NCBI GenBank assembly: GCA_963771885.1 | Contig: CAVYVF010000002.1 | Coordinates: forward strand, 434,208 to 498,207 | Direction: 5' to 3' | DNA: 64,000 nt | Origin: Candidatus Bathyarchaeota archaeon | Lineage (GTDB): Archaea; Thermoproteota; Bathyarchaeia; TCS64 | Shown here: piece after piece, positions 60,418-64,000 of the stretch | Position numbering within the stretch: the stretch's first letter is position 1 | Layout: every line of letters begins with the position of its first letter | Made by a program: the position numbers and the translations under genes | Notes under the pieces: model-generated | Told to the model about the DNA's origin: nothing | Database searches by the model: none | What the model saw: only the letters and a program-made list of their open reading frames with translations

Positions 60418-61443
60418 TCACCACTCGAAGTCGGCTGCGCCTAATAACTTTAGGGCGTCGAGTATGCCCTCGGCGTAGGCGACGCTGGTCAGGGCGGTGG
60501 GCTTCCGGTCAGCCTTGTAGTACTCGGCGTCGGCGAGGTATCTGTCGACGTGGTCTAGGAGGCTGCGTATCTGCGCCTCGGTGAGCGGTGCGCCCTGGGG
60601 CTTGAGCGTCATCTCGCCACGTACCCTTCGGCAGCCGGCGATGTACTTGTCTATGAGGCGGTCCAACTCGGGGACGATCCTCCTGCCCTTGAGGACTTCT
60701 GGTGGGCATCCGCCTATCGCCTTAAGGGCGTCCTCCTCGAGGAAGTGGAGTGGCCCGGGGACCACGATACAGTGGGGTGCCTCGCCGAAGTCAACACCGA
60801 CAAAATCACCCATCCTGCCGGCTCTGATGAGTGGGTTGGGGTGTCCGAGCCGCGCCACACCAACGATGAGCGTGTCAGGCGACACACCCGCATCGGTGAG
60901 CCGCCCGATTGCCTGTGTTACGCTCATGTAGGCGCCTTTCTCCATGTCGAGGTCGAGGAGGATGAGTGTGTGTAGCCCGGTTGATTGGTTCTGCTCTATT
61001 CCGAGGAGGACGGTGTCGGCGGGGCCTTTCTCGGGGAAGGGCATGGTGACGGTTCTGCCGAACTTGTAGATGCTGAGGCCGGTCTCGGCGACTGCGCTGA
61101 AGATGCTGCTGCCGTGGACGATGCGGGTCTCGACTCCTGCGGCGCGTGCCTCGAGGATGAGTGTGATGTGTGTCGTGGCGCTGAGGCAGTCGCCCCCGAC
61201 TAGGACGCCGACGCTCTTGGTCTTCGCCTCCTCAACGAGTTTGCCGCTGCACTCCTCCAGGTCTCCCCGCTGGAGTAGTGTAACGGGTTTGCCTGTTAAC
61301 TCGGTGAGGCGAGCGAGGGTTGTGGCGAGCTTCATCGTGTATAGCTCGGCGTAGAGGGCGTCGCAGCCCCGCGCCTCCTCTAGGGCGCGTAGGCTCATGT
61401 CCCTCTCGTCTGCGAGTCCTGTGCTGATGAGGCTGAGGGTCAT
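60418..61443 (-). CDS. dph5: diphthine synthase fused to DUF357
   Basis: ELYT, GDCLSATTH, YKFGRTVT, HTLILLD, LHFLE; C-terminal RYLADAEYY..AYAEGILDAL. Confidence 0.9.
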   Translation of the reverse strand: MTLSLISTGLADERDMSLRALEEARGCDALYAELYTMKLATTLARLTELTGKPVTLLQRGDLEECSGKLVEEAKTKSVGVLVGGDCLSATTHITLILEARAAGVETRIVHGSSIFSAVAETGLSIYKFGRTVTMPFPEKGPADTVLLGIEQNQSTGLHTLILLDLDMEKGAYMSVTQAIGRLTDAGVSPDTLIVGVARLGHPNPLIRAGRMGDFVGVDFGEAPHCIVVPGPLHFLEEDALKAIGGCPPEVLKGRRIVPELDRLIDKYIAGCRRVRGEMTLKPQGAPLTEAQIRSLLDHVDRYLADAEYYKADRKPTALTSVAYAEGILDALKLLGAADFEW

Positions 61444-61748
61444 GGCTTCCTGCTCCTGAGTGGGATGCGTGTGACGTGTCCGCAGCGGAGGCAGGTGATG
61501 GCGACGTGTGGCTCGCGTTCCTGCCTTATTCGTGTGCGGCTGCCTGAGGGACCCATGTAGCTCTTGCACATTGGGCAGACGAGGCGCCCGAGTTCGCGGG
61601 GGATGTGGACGCGGTTCCTGCTGGCTATGCGGCGGGCGAGCTGTGCGTATCGCTGGGATCGTTCAGGGTGGGTGCGCTGGAACCGCTGGGCGAGGCTGAA
61701 GAGTATTCTGATCCTCTCGCTGGCGATCCGCTTCGGGTCTTCGGGCAT
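61440..61748 (-). CDS. rnp4: RNase P protein Rpp21
   Basis: IASERIRILF, RYAQLARRI, CPMC, ITCLRCG..RIP. Confidence 0.92.
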   Translation of the reverse strand: MPEDPKRIASERIRILFSLAQRFQRTHPERSQRYAQLARRIASRNRVHIPRELGRLVCPMCKSYMGPSGSRTRIRQEREPHVAITCLRCGHVTRIPLRSRKP

Positions 61749-61817
61749 GTTGCTCCCCCGCGTGGCTTGGTGAGCCGGGAAGAGTTTATAAGAGTTGGGC
61801 GGATATCATGGAGGCGG

Positions 61818-61895
61818 AGCGGGGTAGGGCAGCCAGGTTAGCCCGTGGGGCTCATAACCCCAAGGTCGGTAGTTCAAATCTACCCCCCGCTACCA
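61818..61895 (+). tRNA. initiator tRNA-Met(CAT), CCA encoded
   Basis: A1-U72 pair (AGCGGGG/CCCCGCT), anticodon stem GGGG/CCCC around CTCATAA. Confidence 0.95.
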
Positions 61896-62039
61896 ATGAT
61901 ACTATCCAACCTTAGTGCTGAGATCATCAAGACGTTATGGTCTATTAGAAATCTTAGTAAAGATACCAAACGTACATACGCAGAGATGCTCAAGAGGCTG
62001 GCTGATAGCTGTCGACCGGGGCCCGCGAAAATAATTTGA
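61845..62039 (+). pseudogene. truncated tyrosine-integrase N-terminal fragment overlapping the tRNA 3' half
   Basis: IIKTLWSIRNLSKDTKRTYAEMLKRL resembles integrase N-terminal SAM-like helices; frame runs through the tRNA; lower GC. Confidence 0.5.
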
Positions 62040-62594
62040 TCTCCGCTTCGCGATAAAAAAATATACGCGCATAGAGGTGCCTAGAGACGTTAAGTGACTA
62101 TCTCGCATCCGACTATTTTAGTAATCGAGTACTATTCTTCACCATCCTCGCCGCGGTTCTAATCATAGGCATATGATGGAAGAAGCTCAAGCCAAGCAGT
62201 TGGAGGATCGAAGAGTTCTCCTTCAATCGCTCGTTATCCACCGATATTCCTCCAAAAAGAGCGCCATCAGATGCAAGATATGCAGAGCCTCATGGATTCA
62301 CCCAGAGAATAGGTTAAGTGGGGCATAAATTGGCTCGGTGAAGAAAGTATAAAGTGGAAGTGCCCGGGATGCGGTCACGTTGTTGTCTGGGAGAGGCCGC
62401 TTCAGTTTCCGCATAGTAATTATGGGCCGAATGAAGACATCGGGAGTCTATCTAGGGTACTCCCTGAGGAGTATGAAGGTTAGGTGCACATGTTTCTAAT
62501 CCGGACATTTGTAGATTCAACTTAGTTTAGCTATATAGAAAGTTGTTAATACTCTCTGATGTCCAGAGAATAATTTATCCAGCGTTGACCCGAT

Positions 62595-63881
62595 ATGGCG
62601 GACCGCGAATTTGGGATAGGGATGCTGAGGGGAAACCTCTTCTGGCTAGTCATATGCCAATGCATCTGGCAATTCACAACCAACATACCCCGCCCCTATC
62701 TCCCACTCTACATCGAGAACCTCGGCGGAACACCGGCGAACATCGGGATGGTCAACTCCGCATCCGCAATCGCAGGATTATTCCTATATCCCCTCGGAGG
62801 CTACATTGCAGACAAGTCCGGCAGAGTCAAGCTCGTAAGCCTAGCAACATTCGGATACGCATTCAGCTTCATCCCATTCGCGTTCGCGCCACATTGGGAG
62901 TGGCTCGCAGTAGCTAGCTTCTTCCAGAACCTTGTACTCTTCTACGCCCCTATACTAACGGTGCTCATGGCAGACTCCATGAAAGTAGGACATCGTGGCC
63001 AAGGCTTCGCCCTCGCCATCTCTCTACCAGCTGCCCTTGGAGTCATCTCTCCCTTCATTGGTGGCTTCCTTGTAGACTCATGGGGAATAATCCCCGCTAT
63101 GCAATTCATCTACAACATCGGCTTCGGAGCGGGAATACTGGTTGCATTAATACGAATGTTCACGCTCAGGGAGACCCTTGATCCTACAAGGGTTGAAAAG
63201 ATTGATTTCAAAAATGTGCCTAGGCTCCTGAAGGACTCGTACCTCAGCTTCATCGAGACTATCAAATGGATGCCAGATTTGATCAAGGTCCTAGCCATCA
63301 TGCAGATGCTTCAGGTCTTCTTCAACGGAATAGCAGGGGCGTTCTGGATAGTATATGCAACTTCCTTACTTGGAATCACCGCGACCAGCTGGGGGGTCAC
63401 ATCTGCGATCCAGGGAGGCACGCGACTCGTTCTCTCTCAGTGGTCGGGTAAACTATTGGACAAGTTTGGGAGAAGGCGGCTTCTAATTCCCTTCATGTTT
63501 CTTGTTCCGCTTTACCCTCTTGCATTCATCTATTTGGTAAAGGACTTCACTGGTTTGGCTCTATTGGTTTTAGTGATGGCTGTTGGGAATGCCTTCTTGA
63601 TGCCGGGTTTTCAGTCTCTTCTAGCTGACGCGGTGCCCAGGGAGAGAAGAGGTCGAGTGACCTCGGCGGTTGGAGGTGGGAACTTCTTCATCGACATCAG
63701 GAATACGGGTATGGGTGGTGGGATGCTTCTCTTTGTACCTATGGCTGTGGCTCAGATACTGGGTGGAATTCTATATGAGAGTGATCCTACTCTTCCCTTT
63801 TACTTCATGTCTGTGGGGATGGCTGTTGTGGCTGTTTGGGCCTTTTTTAAGATGAAGGATCCCAAGGACTTGTACGCGTAG
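62595..63881 (+). CDS. MFS transporter
   Basis: GGYIADKSGR and GKLLDKFGRR motifs; about 12 TM. Confidence 0.9.
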   Translation: MADREFGIGMLRGNLFWLVICQCIWQFTTNIPRPYLPLYIENLGGTPANIGMVNSASAIAGLFLYPLGGYIADKSGRVKLVSLATFGYAFSFIPFAFAPHWEWLAVASFFQNLVLFYAPILTVLMADSMKVGHRGQGFALAISLPAALGVISPFIGGFLVDSWGIIPAMQFIYNIGFGAGILVALIRMFTLRETLDPTRVEKIDFKNVPRLLKDSYLSFIETIKWMPDLIKVLAIMQMLQVFFNGIAGAFWIVYATSLLGITATSWGVTSAIQGGTRLVLSQWSGKLLDKFGRRRLLIPFMFLVPLYPLAFIYLVKDFTGLALLVLVMAVGNAFLMPGFQSLLADAVPRERRGRVTSAVGGGNFFIDIRNTGMGGGMLLFVPMAVAQILGGILYESDPTLPFYFMSVGMAVVAVWAFFKMKDPKDLYA

Positions 63882-64000
63882 TTGCGAGGCGCGTGCATCA
63901 TTCGACTTAATTGTAAATAAACGCGAGATCGGTGTAATTGGCTGGTCTCACGCGCGCGCATCTATCTTGGCCAATGGGATTAAGGGGTAGACAATGTGAC

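Noticed and set aside
60418..61443. Dph5-DUF357 fusion as a novelty
   Set aside because: To my knowledge this fusion is already seen in related archaea.
1..64000. CRISPR arrays, rRNA genes, intact transposases, inteins, tRNA introns
   Set aside because: None seen; rtcB has normal length and all three tRNAs are intron-less.

Overview
Archaeal chromosomal DNA, roughly 55-60% GC by eye. Gene content and order suggest a TACK archaeon, most likely Bathyarchaeia (inference). Housekeeping blocks: (i) rpl7ae-rps28e-rpl24e-ndk; (ii) DUF54-rpp30-pop5-rpoN-rps2-MEMO1-mvk-ipk-fni-idsA-gltX; (iii) the psmA-SBDS-rrp4-rrp41-rrp42-rpl37ae-pcc1 exosome/proteasome operon; plus rtcB, ribK/ribL, dph5, rpp21 and three CCA-encoding tRNAs (Arg-TCG, Ser-GCT, initiator Met). 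Between them lie peptide and amino-acid catabolic genes (M20/M24/M42/S66 peptidases, IorAB, amidohydrolases, an amidinotransferase). Most notable observations: (1) an unannotated ~370-nt, highly structured, promoter-preceded candidate ncRNA at ~36.05-36.42 kb; (2) two near-identical TPP riboswitches controlling a thiamine locus that includes a PurM/ThiL-fold::ThiN fusion with degenerate catalytic motifs, a SAM methyltransferase and two ECF S components; (3) an apparently split, two-gene ThyX with complementary active-site motifs; (4) a box C/D guide sRNA predicted to target 23S rRNA helix 69; (5) an orphan GlmL/MutL-type gene pair; (6) an integrase remnant at tRNA-iMet. At least eight genes (nine breaks), including essential gltX and rtcB, are interrupted by apparent single-base insertions, most likely assembly errors. 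All family calls come from motif recognition by eye, with no database search.
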